Sequence record: PZ049337.1
DNA length: 52,976 nucleotides
Direction: 5' to 3' (one strand)
DNA from: a phage
Below, in pieces: positions 26,134 through 35,398 of the stretch (positions are counted from its first letter, which is position 1; the number at the start of each line of letters is the position of its first letter). The position numbers and the translations under genes were made by a program. The notes beneath the pieces are model-generated. The model ran no database searches, was not told the origin of the DNA, and worked only from the letters and a program-made list of their open reading frames with translations.

Positions 26134-27454
26134 TCACATATTTCTGCAATTTACGACGACCAATGTAGTCGATAATTTCGTCAGCAGTTTGGTTGACTAC
26201 AGCGGTGATTACCCAACCAGATTCATCTCGATACCCATAGCCATGCCATGTGGTAGTCTCTTGGTAAGACCCTAAACGAATGTCCCTCAGGAATGAGGAG
26301 TTGGCCCAATTCTCTCGTGCAAATCGGAAAGGGCCACCGTTGCCAGTGTAATCAATGTTGCCGTCATTCTGGAATACCCATCTGTGTACATTACCATCAT
26401 CACCTCGGCGAGAGATTACAGGATTTGAGAAGTCGGATGTTTTGGAGTAAGCGCCAAAGGAAATCCAAGTACCATACCCATAACCAGCCGTAGTTGTGTT
26501 AAGTGTTAAAATAGGGACCCAAGCATCTGGACCAACCTCACAATTATAAACACCGTATGGAACAGTGCCGTCTGCTTCCTGACCCCAACCCCGACCCCAA
26601 GTCAATCCACGATAATGCCCTTCTAAGAACAGCTTGAAGTCTGTGCCAGTACCACGTATGGCAAGTTGGTTGTGGCCCTCTGCGATAAGACGTGCAGTAT
26701 AATCCAAACCAGAGTTAGCATGGTGGAAGTCGATGTATGGAATATTGTTATACAACTCTATTGCACCAACTTCTGTGGTGCGGTCACGCTGATTCACTCG
26801 CGCAAGCTCTTTCCAACTGACCCAGTTCTGAGAGGCATCCAGTGTACGACTGCGAACCCAAACGTTACCGTAGATTGATGTGTAGCGTTGTTGAACACCA
26901 TATGCAGTCGGGAGAACTTCCAGTGTACCAGCATGTGATGCTGGATAGCCACCAGCAGAGCCAGCAACAGCATCAGACTCTTGGTAGTAAACACCAACAT
27001 CTGACGCACCTGTAAGCAGGTTAATGTTGAAGTTTGAGGCATTTTTGCAAGTCATCACAGCATGTGCTGTATACGACCTGCCGCCAGATGGACCTTGCGA
27101 GTAGTACATAATTGGCGGCCGTGCTGCCTGACTATGTGATACCAAGATTGACGCATTGCTGATATCAGACACGCCAAGAACAGTAATGATTACATACGCA
27201 CCGCTTACAGAAGAGAGGTCCCACTTCTGTAACTCTGGAGGAACGTTGACAGCAGAGTTCATCTCAACATACAGAACCTCACCATTTACAAAAGTGTAGG
27301 TATTGAAGTTGAAGTTTCTTACAAATGCTGTGGTTGGAATCTGGGCATTCTTTTGTCCAACAGTGATTACTTCACCACGAGCAGTACCTGCATTTAAGAA
27401 TGCAGCAGACTTTAAGGCGGCAACTAAGCCGCCAAATGACCAACCTTTAGCCAT
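26102..27454 (-). CDS. tail fibre / receptor-binding protein (third fibre gene)
   Basis: 450 aa, Gly/Ser/Thr/Tyr-rich, in the fibre block; unrelated to the two upstream fibres. Confidence 0.45.
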   Translation of the reverse strand: MAKGWSFGGLVAALKSAAFLNAGTARGEVITVGQKNAQIPTTAFVRNFNFNTYTFVNGEVLYVEMNSAVNVPPELQKWDLSSVSGAYVIITVLGVSDISNASILVSHSQAARPPIMYYSQGPSGGRSYTAHAVMTCKNASNFNINLLTGASDVGVYYQESDAVAGSAGGYPASHAGTLEVLPTAYGVQQRYTSIYGNVWVRSRTLDASQNWVSWKELARVNQRDRTTEVGAIELYNNIPYIDFHHANSGLDYTARLIAEGHNQLAIRGTGTDFKLFLEGHYRGLTWGRGWGQEADGTVPYGVYNCEVGPDAWVPILTLNTTTAGYGYGTWISFGAYSKTSDFSNPVISRRGDDGNVHRWVFQNDGNIDYTGNGGPFRFARENWANSSFLRDIRLGSYQETTTWHGYGYRDESGWVITAVVNQTADEIIDYIGRRKLQKYVNGEWYDCYSV

Positions 27455-27463
27455 TACATTACC

Positions 27464-28855
27464 TTATAAAGTGGATATTTGGTTTGGAGTCATTTTGAAA
27501 TCCCAAACTCGGAAGTTGCGAACCGCATAGTTTCTTGATGTTGGATAGAAGTGAATCTGCGGATACCTGCCAACACATGCAGCAGCAACGTTCTGTGATG
27601 TATCCGCTGCCACACGCACACCATCAACATAGATTTCAAGGCCAGCGGTCGTGCTTAATGTTGCAGCTATACGATACCACTTATTAACCTGCCTAGGAAG
27701 GATGTAGTAAATCCAGTCAGAACCAGCAGCAGAGCTTCGGACAACACTGAGTTGTCCTTTGTTCTTCAAAAAGAGGTCTATGTTCTCGCCACCAACACCA
27801 TTAAGCGAGAAGTAGATGCCAACACTATCGTCGCTATCTGGTGCACGAGGTGTGTTAGAAAGAACATCAACACAGATTGTGCAATCCGTAAATCCGTACC
27901 CATTACCTTCGTACAAAGTTTCTCGAACATCCTGGCCAGCAGTTCTGTACAGAGCACCACCATAAGCATTGTTAAAATACAAATTGTCGGAGGCGTTAAT
28001 TGCACCCTTACCGTAGTAAATATTAAAGTCACCAATCAGATGCTGACAGAAGTTTGGTTCTGGTACTGAATACTTAGGTTCTTCACGAGCCTTAACTTCT
28101 GCGAATGTTGCATCAGTAATGATTCGAGAGTTGGTGTTTGTTGAAGCCTTGCCAACAACTGGAACACCACTGGCATCCAGACCAATACGTGTATCACCAG
28201 ACTGCATGTAGAAGCCAGCAGGACCGAATGACAACTTTGTGGTTCCACTTGCATCAAACAACATACCTTGCTGGAATGTAACAGGTCCGGTATAAGTGCC
28301 GCCAGCTACAGGAACAGCACCTGCCTGGGCAGCAGTTACTTTATGTGGATTGTTTCGGTCGTTGGCGTGACTTGCAACAAGGGCATTATATTGAGCAATC
28401 AACGAATCAATTTGTGCTTTGTTGTATGCACCAATCGTGTTGGCTGTTAGTCTGTGCGGGTTAGAAGTAACATCTGCAATGTGTGCAGAAATCTTACTAA
28501 CAATATCGTCGTAGTCATAACGAGATACTTGAATCGCACTTGCAGCCCACTGCCCTAAGTTCTGACTAGGGCGTAGGGTACGACTAGGGGAGCCAACAGT
28601 TGCAACATAAACAGTTCGAGTTGCATCATCCCACACAAGGGAACCAAGTCCGTACTGAACATCAGTTCCCCATTCGAAGACACCACGCTCAGCTAATGCC
28701 AGAAGAGTAGTGTCAACCTTATATTGCAAGTAGTTAAGAACCTGGAAGGTTGGGATTTCTGCAATCCACCCTTGAAGATACTTAGCATCCCCAGGGTCAC
28801 GCCGTAAGTTGGCGTTGTTCGAAGTCCAGACTCTATTAAGTTTTGGTCTTAACAT
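27464..28855 (-). CDS. tail fibre protein (paralog of 28855..30054)
   Basis: 463 aa; shares N-terminal domain, NPHK(V/D)T, GGTYTGPVTF and C-terminal NQIS(T/M)L with its neighbour. Confidence 0.55.
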   Translation of the reverse strand: MLRPKLNRVWTSNNANLRRDPGDAKYLQGWIAEIPTFQVLNYLQYKVDTTLLALAERGVFEWGTDVQYGLGSLVWDDATRTVYVATVGSPSRTLRPSQNLGQWAASAIQVSRYDYDDIVSKISAHIADVTSNPHRLTANTIGAYNKAQIDSLIAQYNALVASHANDRNNPHKVTAAQAGAVPVAGGTYTGPVTFQQGMLFDASGTTKLSFGPAGFYMQSGDTRIGLDASGVPVVGKASTNTNSRIITDATFAEVKAREEPKYSVPEPNFCQHLIGDFNIYYGKGAINASDNLYFNNAYGGALYRTAGQDVRETLYEGNGYGFTDCTICVDVLSNTPRAPDSDDSVGIYFSLNGVGGENIDLFLKNKGQLSVVRSSAAGSDWIYYILPRQVNKWYRIAATLSTTAGLEIYVDGVRVAADTSQNVAAACVGRYPQIHFYPTSRNYAVRNFRVWDFKMTPNQISTL

Positions 28856-30054
28856 TATCGTCTCGCAAGCATAGAGATTTGGTTGGCAGAAAGCCTCGGA
28901 TATACGGCAAAGAATCTTAGAGCCATAACAGTCTTGTCTGCAAATAAGTTATTATCAATGTAGTCTTTCAAATCGAGTCCGTCAGGAAAGTTGAAAGAAT
29001 CCCCATTGGCAGTTCGCATGACCACGTCAACTTCATCGGTAGTAACCACAACAACCACAGTAGTAGGTATGTTCAGAATCGGACCAAAGAATTTCAACCC
29101 ATTGTTGGAGATTTTAAATCCACCATACCAAAACTCTGGGTCAATGGTTGTCTCGACAGTCCATAAACCAACAGACTCTGCGTCATTAATATCTTCATGG
29201 AAGTTGGCACGGAGCATTGGAACAGGAAGTGCAAACTGATTGCCATACTTAATGTTGAAGTTGTTATAGTTTGCTTCTGTAATGATTTCAAAAGCACCAG
29301 CAGAGTTGATGAACCACGCGTGTCCACCACTGTCTACACCTATTGCAGTGGTTCCATTGACCAACTCAAATACACCAGTCGAATCATTTCGATGTGCATA
29401 TTGTGAAACACCGCTACCAGCATATGCTTCTTCGATGAAAGTTATTGGCCCTGTGAAAGTTCCGCCAAATGTTGGAAGTGTTCCGAGTTGTTTCGGAATT
29501 ACCCTGTGAACAGATGCACCAGTTCTGGAGATATGATACGGGATTGTTGTAACTCGTTCGTCACTGGCGAACCTGTCATACACATAATCTTGAAGGTATG
29601 TCCCATCAACAATTGTGTCTACAGTATCTTTGTGTGGGTTCTGTTCTGCCATGTGGGCATTGAACGTGTTCTTGAGATATTGGACCTTTTCATTATACTG
29701 AGCAAGGTTGGTCTCAAGAACTTCTTGCCATCCACTTCCAGAAGTTGAAGGATTTATATTCCCAGGAATCTCTTCCCGCTTCTGATAAATCTTACCATCA
29801 ACTAATGCAAAAGCGCCAAGCGAATATGTTACAGTGTCGCACCATTGAAGTATTCCACCAAGCAACATCTCTCGAATCTTGACGTCAGTGATTTGAGTTA
29901 AGAAGTTCTGCCACTGTTCAGGAGGCTTTTCAGCCTCCCAACCAACAGTGGCATATCGGTCTGGAGTATAGGATGGTGCAGTTGTATCCAAGTCGGGGTC
30001 AAGTGCTTTGCCATCCTGCGCCCAATATTCTGGGTAATTCAAACGATTTGTCAT
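28855..30054 (-). CDS. tail fibre protein (paralog of 27464..28855)
   Basis: 399 aa; shared motifs NPHKDT, FGGTFTGPITF, C-terminal NQISML. Confidence 0.55.
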   Translation of the reverse strand: MTNRLNYPEYWAQDGKALDPDLDTTAPSYTPDRYATVGWEAEKPPEQWQNFLTQITDVKIREMLLGGILQWCDTVTYSLGAFALVDGKIYQKREEIPGNINPSTSGSGWQEVLETNLAQYNEKVQYLKNTFNAHMAEQNPHKDTVDTIVDGTYLQDYVYDRFASDERVTTIPYHISRTGASVHRVIPKQLGTLPTFGGTFTGPITFIEEAYAGSGVSQYAHRNDSTGVFELVNGTTAIGVDSGGHAWFINSAGAFEIITEANYNNFNIKYGNQFALPVPMLRANFHEDINDAESVGLWTVETTIDPEFWYGGFKISNNGLKFFGPILNIPTTVVVVVTTDEVDVVMRTANGDSFNFPDGLDLKDYIDNNLFADKTVMALRFFAVYPRLSANQISMLARR

Positions 30055-30695
30055 TGGTTCTCCGGTGGATAAACTTTAGAGACATATGGAAGTTCAATAG
30101 CACCACCATTGTCCGAAAGAGTTATGGAGATGCCAACAGGCTTAAAGTCTGGCAGCATGTAAGCTAACAAGACTTTCTCAGCAACTGACAATGTGTTATG
30201 TACTTGGTATTGTAGTGTCTGGAATCCTTCAACAATTTCAAGATTCAAGTTACGGCCAAGAACAAGGTCTACATAAACAATCAGTTCTTCGATTGTACAT
30301 CTTCCGACAATCTTACGAATACGGGCACGTATCGCATCTTTAAGCTGAGTGTCGGTACGAACAAAGTCACCAGAGTCTCGGTCGCCATCTGACTTCAAGA
30401 CACCACCAACGCCAGGATTATTATCATCTCCAGCAGGGAATGCACTTGGGTCAGAATAGAAGCCGAAGTACCCAAGTGGTGCAGCACCATAGATAGTACG
30501 GCTGGCACCAATGAGATATGCAATATCATCAACCATGACGCCGAATGAATCAGCAAGGTAGCGATATTTAACAGACTCTTCTTGAGCATTTTGGACGAGC
30601 TTTAACTCGTCCAAGAAAATCTGGATATATGCCCGTAAGTTTGGAGAATCGCTATACTGCATTAGCAGCATATCTAAACCAGATTTACCAGCCAT
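30051..30695 (-). CDS. baseplate protein (P2 gpI / Mu gp48-like by position)
   Basis: 214 aa directly after the J-like gene. Confidence 0.45.
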   Translation of the reverse strand: MAGKSGLDMLLMQYSDSPNLRAYIQIFLDELKLVQNAQEESVKYRYLADSFGVMVDDIAYLIGASRTIYGAAPLGYFGFYSDPSAFPAGDDNNPGVGGVLKSDGDRDSGDFVRTDTQLKDAIRARIRKIVGRCTIEELIVYVDLVLGRNLNLEIVEGFQTLQYQVHNTLSVAEKVLLAYMLPDFKPVGISITLSDNGGAIELPYVSKVYPPENQ

Positions 30696-30703
30696 GATTA
30701 ACC

Positions 30704-31858
30704 TTATAGTGTTTCAGTGAAAATTACAGATGCAGTTGTAGCTTCCGCTTTCTTATCAATGTCCAGTTCGATTGTAGCAATGCCAGTAGGACTTGCAGAA
30801 GTACCAATGAACAATGAATCAACCTGAACACCATTAGTGGCATCCATGATAGGCTTGAAACACTCTGACCAGATAACAGAATCACCTGGGTTCAGGGAGT
30901 TGATATAATCCATCATAGCCGTTTGCAACTGGCGTGCAGCATCGTTGGAACTAATGTTAGAACCAGGACGACGCTTGAATTTACCAGTTACATAAATGAT
31001 TTCATCTTTTGGGCGGCTAAACTTAACTTCGTGTGGATAACCTTTACTGTCATAAATAGACACAGATGTAGTCCCATGAGTTGGGACACCGCCCGTTTTG
31101 GAAGAGTAGATTCGACGAGCAATTTCGTCTTCTGTTCCACCCTCTACGACAACAAAGACTGTGCCCGAAGGCTGAGTCCCAATAGGAGCGCCGGTATCAT
31201 TATCACGAATACGAAGGTAAGATAGATTAAGGTCAGCGAGTGCAGCGTAAATAGCTTCAACAAAGGCCGAGCCGCTGTGTGCAGTAGTCCTGTCACGGCG
31301 AGTACGAAGTGCTGGGTCAGACTCATAATCCACACCTGTTTGACCAATCTCTGGGTTGTTAACTGATTCCCAACCTGCGACTGGTGTATTGATTTTATTA
31401 ACAGTGTTGGCAGCAATATAATATTCACCAGTTTCTGTGGCTACTGCCGTAACAGTTCCTGGAATAATGCAGTCATATTGCGTCTTGAAATCCATTGTTC
31501 CATCACTGACAATAGAGCCAGCAGGAACAAGAGTGCCAGCCTGACCAGCACAACGGACACCAACACGAGAAGGCCAGTTGACCAATCGTTTAGTGAAGGT
31601 CAGTTCACAGATGTTGTCCAGACCAATCTTCTGCATTGCACCAGGACGATAGGCATTGAATACCATTTCAGCCTGTTGCCAGCACTTAGAGATTTCTTCT
31701 GAAATGATTCCAATAACCTGGCCATCTGGGCCTTCTGGACTAATGTCAAAGTTGGCACCAAACACGCTAAGGAATCTGCTATTAATGTGCGACACGATTT
31801 CTTGAACAGGCTTCTGTACGAACCCGTTTTCAGTCACGCCATACTGGATTGTTGCCAT
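30704..31858 (-). CDS. baseplate J-like protein (Mu gp47 / P2 gpJ family)
   Basis: 384 aa, position between W-like and I-like genes. Confidence 0.55.
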   Translation of the reverse strand: MATIQYGVTENGFVQKPVQEIVSHINSRFLSVFGANFDISPEGPDGQVIGIISEEISKCWQQAEMVFNAYRPGAMQKIGLDNICELTFTKRLVNWPSRVGVRCAGQAGTLVPAGSIVSDGTMDFKTQYDCIIPGTVTAVATETGEYYIAANTVNKINTPVAGWESVNNPEIGQTGVDYESDPALRTRRDRTTAHSGSAFVEAIYAALADLNLSYLRIRDNDTGAPIGTQPSGTVFVVVEGGTEDEIARRIYSSKTGGVPTHGTTSVSIYDSKGYPHEVKFSRPKDEIIYVTGKFKRRPGSNISSNDAARQLQTAMMDYINSLNPGDSVIWSECFKPIMDATNGVQVDSLFIGTSASPTGIATIELDIDKKAEATTASVIFTETL

Positions 31859-32205
31859 GTTAAGTAATCCTCAAGATTCCCGTAATCGGAGATAGCAATG
31901 AAAGAAACTCTCACTTCACGCTCACGGAAATCAGCATCAATGTTTATGGAGATAAGTTGTTGAACACCAGGAGTGCTTCGAATGATGTTGGCGATAGCCG
32001 CCTCAATGTCAGCAGTTCGAACAGTTTTAGTGAAGATTCCTTCAAACCAAGGAAGGCCAGTGGTCGGGTCATGTTTCCATTCTCCGAACACCGTCAGTAA
32101 TCTGCACTTAACTATTTGAGCAACTTCTTCTGCACCACCAACCCTGGTTGCACCACGACCAATAATAATATCGTGGTTAGAATCTAATAATAAGTTTCCA
32201 GCCAT
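31834..32205 (-). CDS. baseplate wedge protein (gp25 / GPW-like)
   Basis: 123 aa, position between spike and J. Confidence 0.45.
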   Translation of the reverse strand: MAGNLLLDSNHDIIIGRGATRVGGAEEVAQIVKCRLLTVFGEWKHDPTTGLPWFEGIFTKTVRTADIEAAIANIIRSTPGVQQLISINIDADFREREVRVSFIAISDYGNLEDYLTWQQSSMA

Positions 32206-32996
32206 TATTTCATCGGCCCTACATCGCCGCCTTCTGGGTTAGTGTGGGTGTGTTCGTTAACCGTGACTCCGTTAATGGTGAACGTACCTTGTTGAACCAT
32301 GTCGCCTGTGATTGCCATAGTTCCACCACTGCCTCCGGATACTGACATTCCACCGAGGACTGTGAGTGATTTGGTAACTGTTGTGTCGCCATCCAGAAGG
32401 ATTTGCGGCGAGATAACAGACGCTTTCTCTGTCGCTTCAATTACTATCTCCGAATCTTTCGTGATTGTAATCTTTGCAGCACCAGTGATAAGTTCTACCT
32501 TTCCGTCACCATGAAGAGTCAGACGTTGGTCACGACTTGCATTTCGGAGTTCAGTAACTCCGGCATTAAATCCTGGTATTGCACCTGGAATTGGCTGTGT
32601 CCCAATAATGCACACAGCAGAGTTGTGAGAGAACAACTGACTGAATGCTGGGGCAGGTCTTCCGCCAATCATGCCAGCAGAGTCTTTATTCTCTGCCAGC
32701 CAATGTTCGATTCCTCGTTGTGCAAAATGGACATAGCAAGGAGTACCATCTGGAACTGGATGTGTTAAACTCCAGCCACCACCCTGAATGAATTGTACGG
32801 GAACATTTCTGAGCCGCTTCTTCTTCTCCAGGGTGTAGGCATTGGTGTAGCCTGTGAATAGGTTTTCGATTGCAAGCTGTACCTCACATGTTTGAGTTAC
32901 AGCATCGAAGTTATAAATATGGCCTGGGTATCCTGTGTTAACAGTTGCAGACTTTACATCGTTGTTATGACTCGCCACGTTCAAGCACACTCGCAT
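32205..32996 (-). CDS. baseplate central spike (gpV / Mu gp45-like)
   Basis: 263 aa; C-terminal Gly-rich beta-like repeats ending HTHTNPEGGDVGPMK. Confidence 0.45.
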   Translation of the reverse strand: MRVCLNVASHNNDVKSATVNTGYPGHIYNFDAVTQTCEVQLAIENLFTGYTNAYTLEKKKRLRNVPVQFIQGGGWSLTHPVPDGTPCYVHFAQRGIEHWLAENKDSAGMIGGRPAPAFSQLFSHNSAVCIIGTQPIPGAIPGFNAGVTELRNASRDQRLTLHGDGKVELITGAAKITITKDSEIVIEATEKASVISPQILLDGDTTVTKSLTVLGGMSVSGGSGGTMAITGDMVQQGTFTINGVTVNEHTHTNPEGGDVGPMK

Positions 32997-33327
32997 CTAC
33001 AATGAAGAGGAACATTTGTCGCCAAGTGTAAACCTCTTCTCCTGGGCTTACAGTATTTGTAACGTACATGTTAGGCAGTGGTGTACTGTATTGTTTAAGA
33101 ATATCAATACCACCACGAATTGGGATTCCGTAAATCTTTTCAGATGCACCCCAAGCAAGGTCAAACATGTAACAGTTTAAATACTCGTTTAAATACAATG
33201 CAGACATTTTGACTGTGATTCCACGAAACTCAAAAGATACATCCTTTGAAATATCATATGGAACAGTCTTCACATATCCTGGAGGGAGTAGTGATAATAT
33301 TTCTTGCAGTGCTTGTTGTTCTGTCAT
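32965..33327 (-). CDS. hypothetical baseplate-module protein
   Basis: 120 aa within the baseplate cluster. Confidence 0.4.
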   Translation of the reverse strand: MTEQQALQEILSLLPPGYVKTVPYDISKDVSFEFRGITVKMSALYLNEYLNCYMFDLAWGASEKIYGIPIRGGIDILKQYSTPLPNMYVTNTVSPGEEVYTWRQMFLFIVDASVLERGES

Positions 33328-34226
33328 TTGAACAGCCTTCCTTTAACCGAGGACAGTGGTGAATCAAGCTTGGCTAACTTATCTTTCAAAGTTCCAAGTT
33401 GACTTACAGCAGTTGCACCAACAGCACCCAATCCAGGAAGAGAAATGCCAGCACCACCAAGAGCACCTATTCCAGCACTCTGTGCAATCTTTGCAAACTC
33501 TGAATAGTCTGTCATTGATTGCATTGCTTTTCGAGCTTCAATTGCGAGCGTATCTTCTCCGATAACTTGCAACTCTTCGACTGTGATTTCAACAGCCAAT
33601 ATTGCAGAAGTCATCTTGTCGGTTTTGGTTCGAATGCCTGTAACCACGCAATTCAAATAAGGCCCAACAATTGTGGAAATGTACAGCTTGGTTCCGTTTG
33701 CCCGAAAGCCATTAAACAATTCATAGGTAGATTGGATTCGGTTGCTTGTTTCGAACGCAGAAGCAACAGCACCAGCGGCAGAGCCTAAGATTGGTATGAT
33801 TGGGTTATTAAAGATTGCACCAGTTGCAACAGACAACCCTTGTACTGAGGCAGTCCACATGGCAGAGTTCTGCATGTTGGAAGCAACAGCAGTTAACTTA
33901 AGGACTCTGTTATGCTTGATGATGTGGTCACTGACTAAGAAGCCAGAGCTTACAGGGAACTTAGTAACTGTAGACTGCGCATCATGCTCTTCACTAACCA
34001 TTGCATCAAACTTGAAAGAGTTAAAACTCTCCGGTGCATCTGTGGTGACAAGTGATTCCATTGCCTTGGCTATTCCACCAAAGGCTTTGCCAAATAACCC
34101 TTCATCTTCCTTCTGTGCAACTGGCCCATTAGACCACATAATTACGGACGGGTTGTGTCCATAACTAAAAGCCTTTGTTAGCGTGGAGATTCCATCGCCC
34201 AACAAACTTGTATCAATTAATGCCAT
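33324..34226 (-). CDS. tail/baseplate protein (Mu gpP/hub-like by position)
   Basis: 300 aa in baseplate cluster. Confidence 0.4.
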   Translation of the reverse strand: MALIDTSLLGDGISTLTKAFSYGHNPSVIMWSNGPVAQKEDEGLFGKAFGGIAKAMESLVTTDAPESFNSFKFDAMVSEEHDAQSTVTKFPVSSGFLVSDHIIKHNRVLKLTAVASNMQNSAMWTASVQGLSVATGAIFNNPIIPILGSAAGAVASAFETSNRIQSTYELFNGFRANGTKLYISTIVGPYLNCVVTGIRTKTDKMTSAILAVEITVEELQVIGEDTLAIEARKAMQSMTDYSEFAKIAQSAGIGALGGAGISLPGLGAVGATAVSQLGTLKDKLAKLDSPLSSVKGRLFK

Positions 34227-35332
34227 TAGAAAGACTCCATCGCCATTCCACTGTTTAAATACATTTGCTGCCAGGCAGCTTCTTTACCACCCATAGCAGT
34301 ATTGCCACCAAGCATTGCTGTGATGGTAGTCTGGAAGACAGTTTCATGGGTTGAGCCATGATGAACAACTTCTGTAATGAAGTATTTATCTTCCATAGCC
34401 CAGCGGAATACACTTTGGTCAGTGTTAAGAACAACACCCTTTCCTGTAACAGACGTTACACCATTTGCAAGCAGTTGCTCTCCCAACAATGGAGACACAT
34501 CAAGAATCATCCCTGGTTGATAACTTGCATTCAGGAATGTATTCAATGAATATGTTGCAATGCCAGCAATCGGGTTGCCTATAACTTGGTTGGCATCCAG
34601 CTTGATTGGTTCACGGTCTTTCGACATTCTGTCTACGGCATCTTTATTCCCGTAGGTATCTGGGAAGATTTGAATCTCACCAGTGGTTACAGAGAACAGA
34701 AGGTTGTATTCACCAAGGAGGGTTCTGAACTCTTCCAAGAATGTGTCATGAAATACACGACCAAGTTTAAGAACAGATTTGAAAACAGATTCATCAACAC
34801 CAAAAGAAGAAATGGTTGAGAACCCATAGTCAGCACACATTGAACGAATCGCATCCTCAAGAGTTGCACCATTTGGAATGTCATTCATTTGAGTGAATTC
34901 GGTTGATGCACCATACGCTTTGGAAATGCAAAACAGTTGTGTTACATGTTCTGGTGGACGTCTGAATCCAACTGCGTTTGTAACTATGCCAGAAAAGATT
35001 GTTGGGAGCTTAGGACCAATTTCAATCCTTACTTCTGAATCCGCCTGTTCTGGACTTTGGTACTTACTATGACCAGCGCTGACTCCACGCTCGTCTTCGA
35101 AATATCCTGCACGAATTTCAATATACATATCACCATAGGTTTTGTCTTGAAGGAACTTCACTTCATCAACACCAAGGTTGTATAGAGTAATGTCGGCAGT
35201 GTCAGCAGGCCAACCAACAGTTGACCGGATGGTGAAATCAATCTTGTGTGCTTTAAACACAGACTTTGTTTCAGGGTCATCCTTACGAGAGACAACTATC
35301 TCTATACCACGCATCCACGGCATGTTATACAC
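34226..35332 (-). CDS. tail protein immediately after the tape measure gene (Mu gp43-like position)
   Basis: 368 aa; assignment by position. Confidence 0.4.
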   Translation of the reverse strand: MYNMPWMRGIEIVVSRKDDPETKSVFKAHKIDFTIRSTVGWPADTADITLYNLGVDEVKFLQDKTYGDMYIEIRAGYFEDERGVSAGHSKYQSPEQADSEVRIEIGPKLPTIFSGIVTNAVGFRRPPEHVTQLFCISKAYGASTEFTQMNDIPNGATLEDAIRSMCADYGFSTISSFGVDESVFKSVLKLGRVFHDTFLEEFRTLLGEYNLLFSVTTGEIQIFPDTYGNKDAVDRMSKDREPIKLDANQVIGNPIAGIATYSLNTFLNASYQPGMILDVSPLLGEQLLANGVTSVTGKGVVLNTDQSVFRWAMEDKYFITEVVHHGSTHETVFQTTITAMLGGNTAMGGKEAAWQQMYLNSGMAMESF

Positions 35333-35346
35333 CTATTGAAATTAAT

Positions 35347-35363
35347 ACATGTTCAACTAATAT
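35347..35363 (-). promoter_or_regulatory. copy of recurring motif, degenerate (minus strand ATATTAGTTGAACATGT)
   Basis: 15 nt upstream of gene start 35332, just after a hairpin. Confidence 0.3.
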
Positions 35364-35367
35364 TAAA

Positions 35368-35398
35368 GAGGAATGCCGAGACGAATCCCGGCACTTTC
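35368..35398 (-). terminator. possible partial intrinsic terminator after the tape measure gene
   Basis: Minus strand TGCCGGG-ATTCGT-CTCGGCA hairpin followed by TTCCTCTTT, directly after the stop at 35399. Confidence 0.3.
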
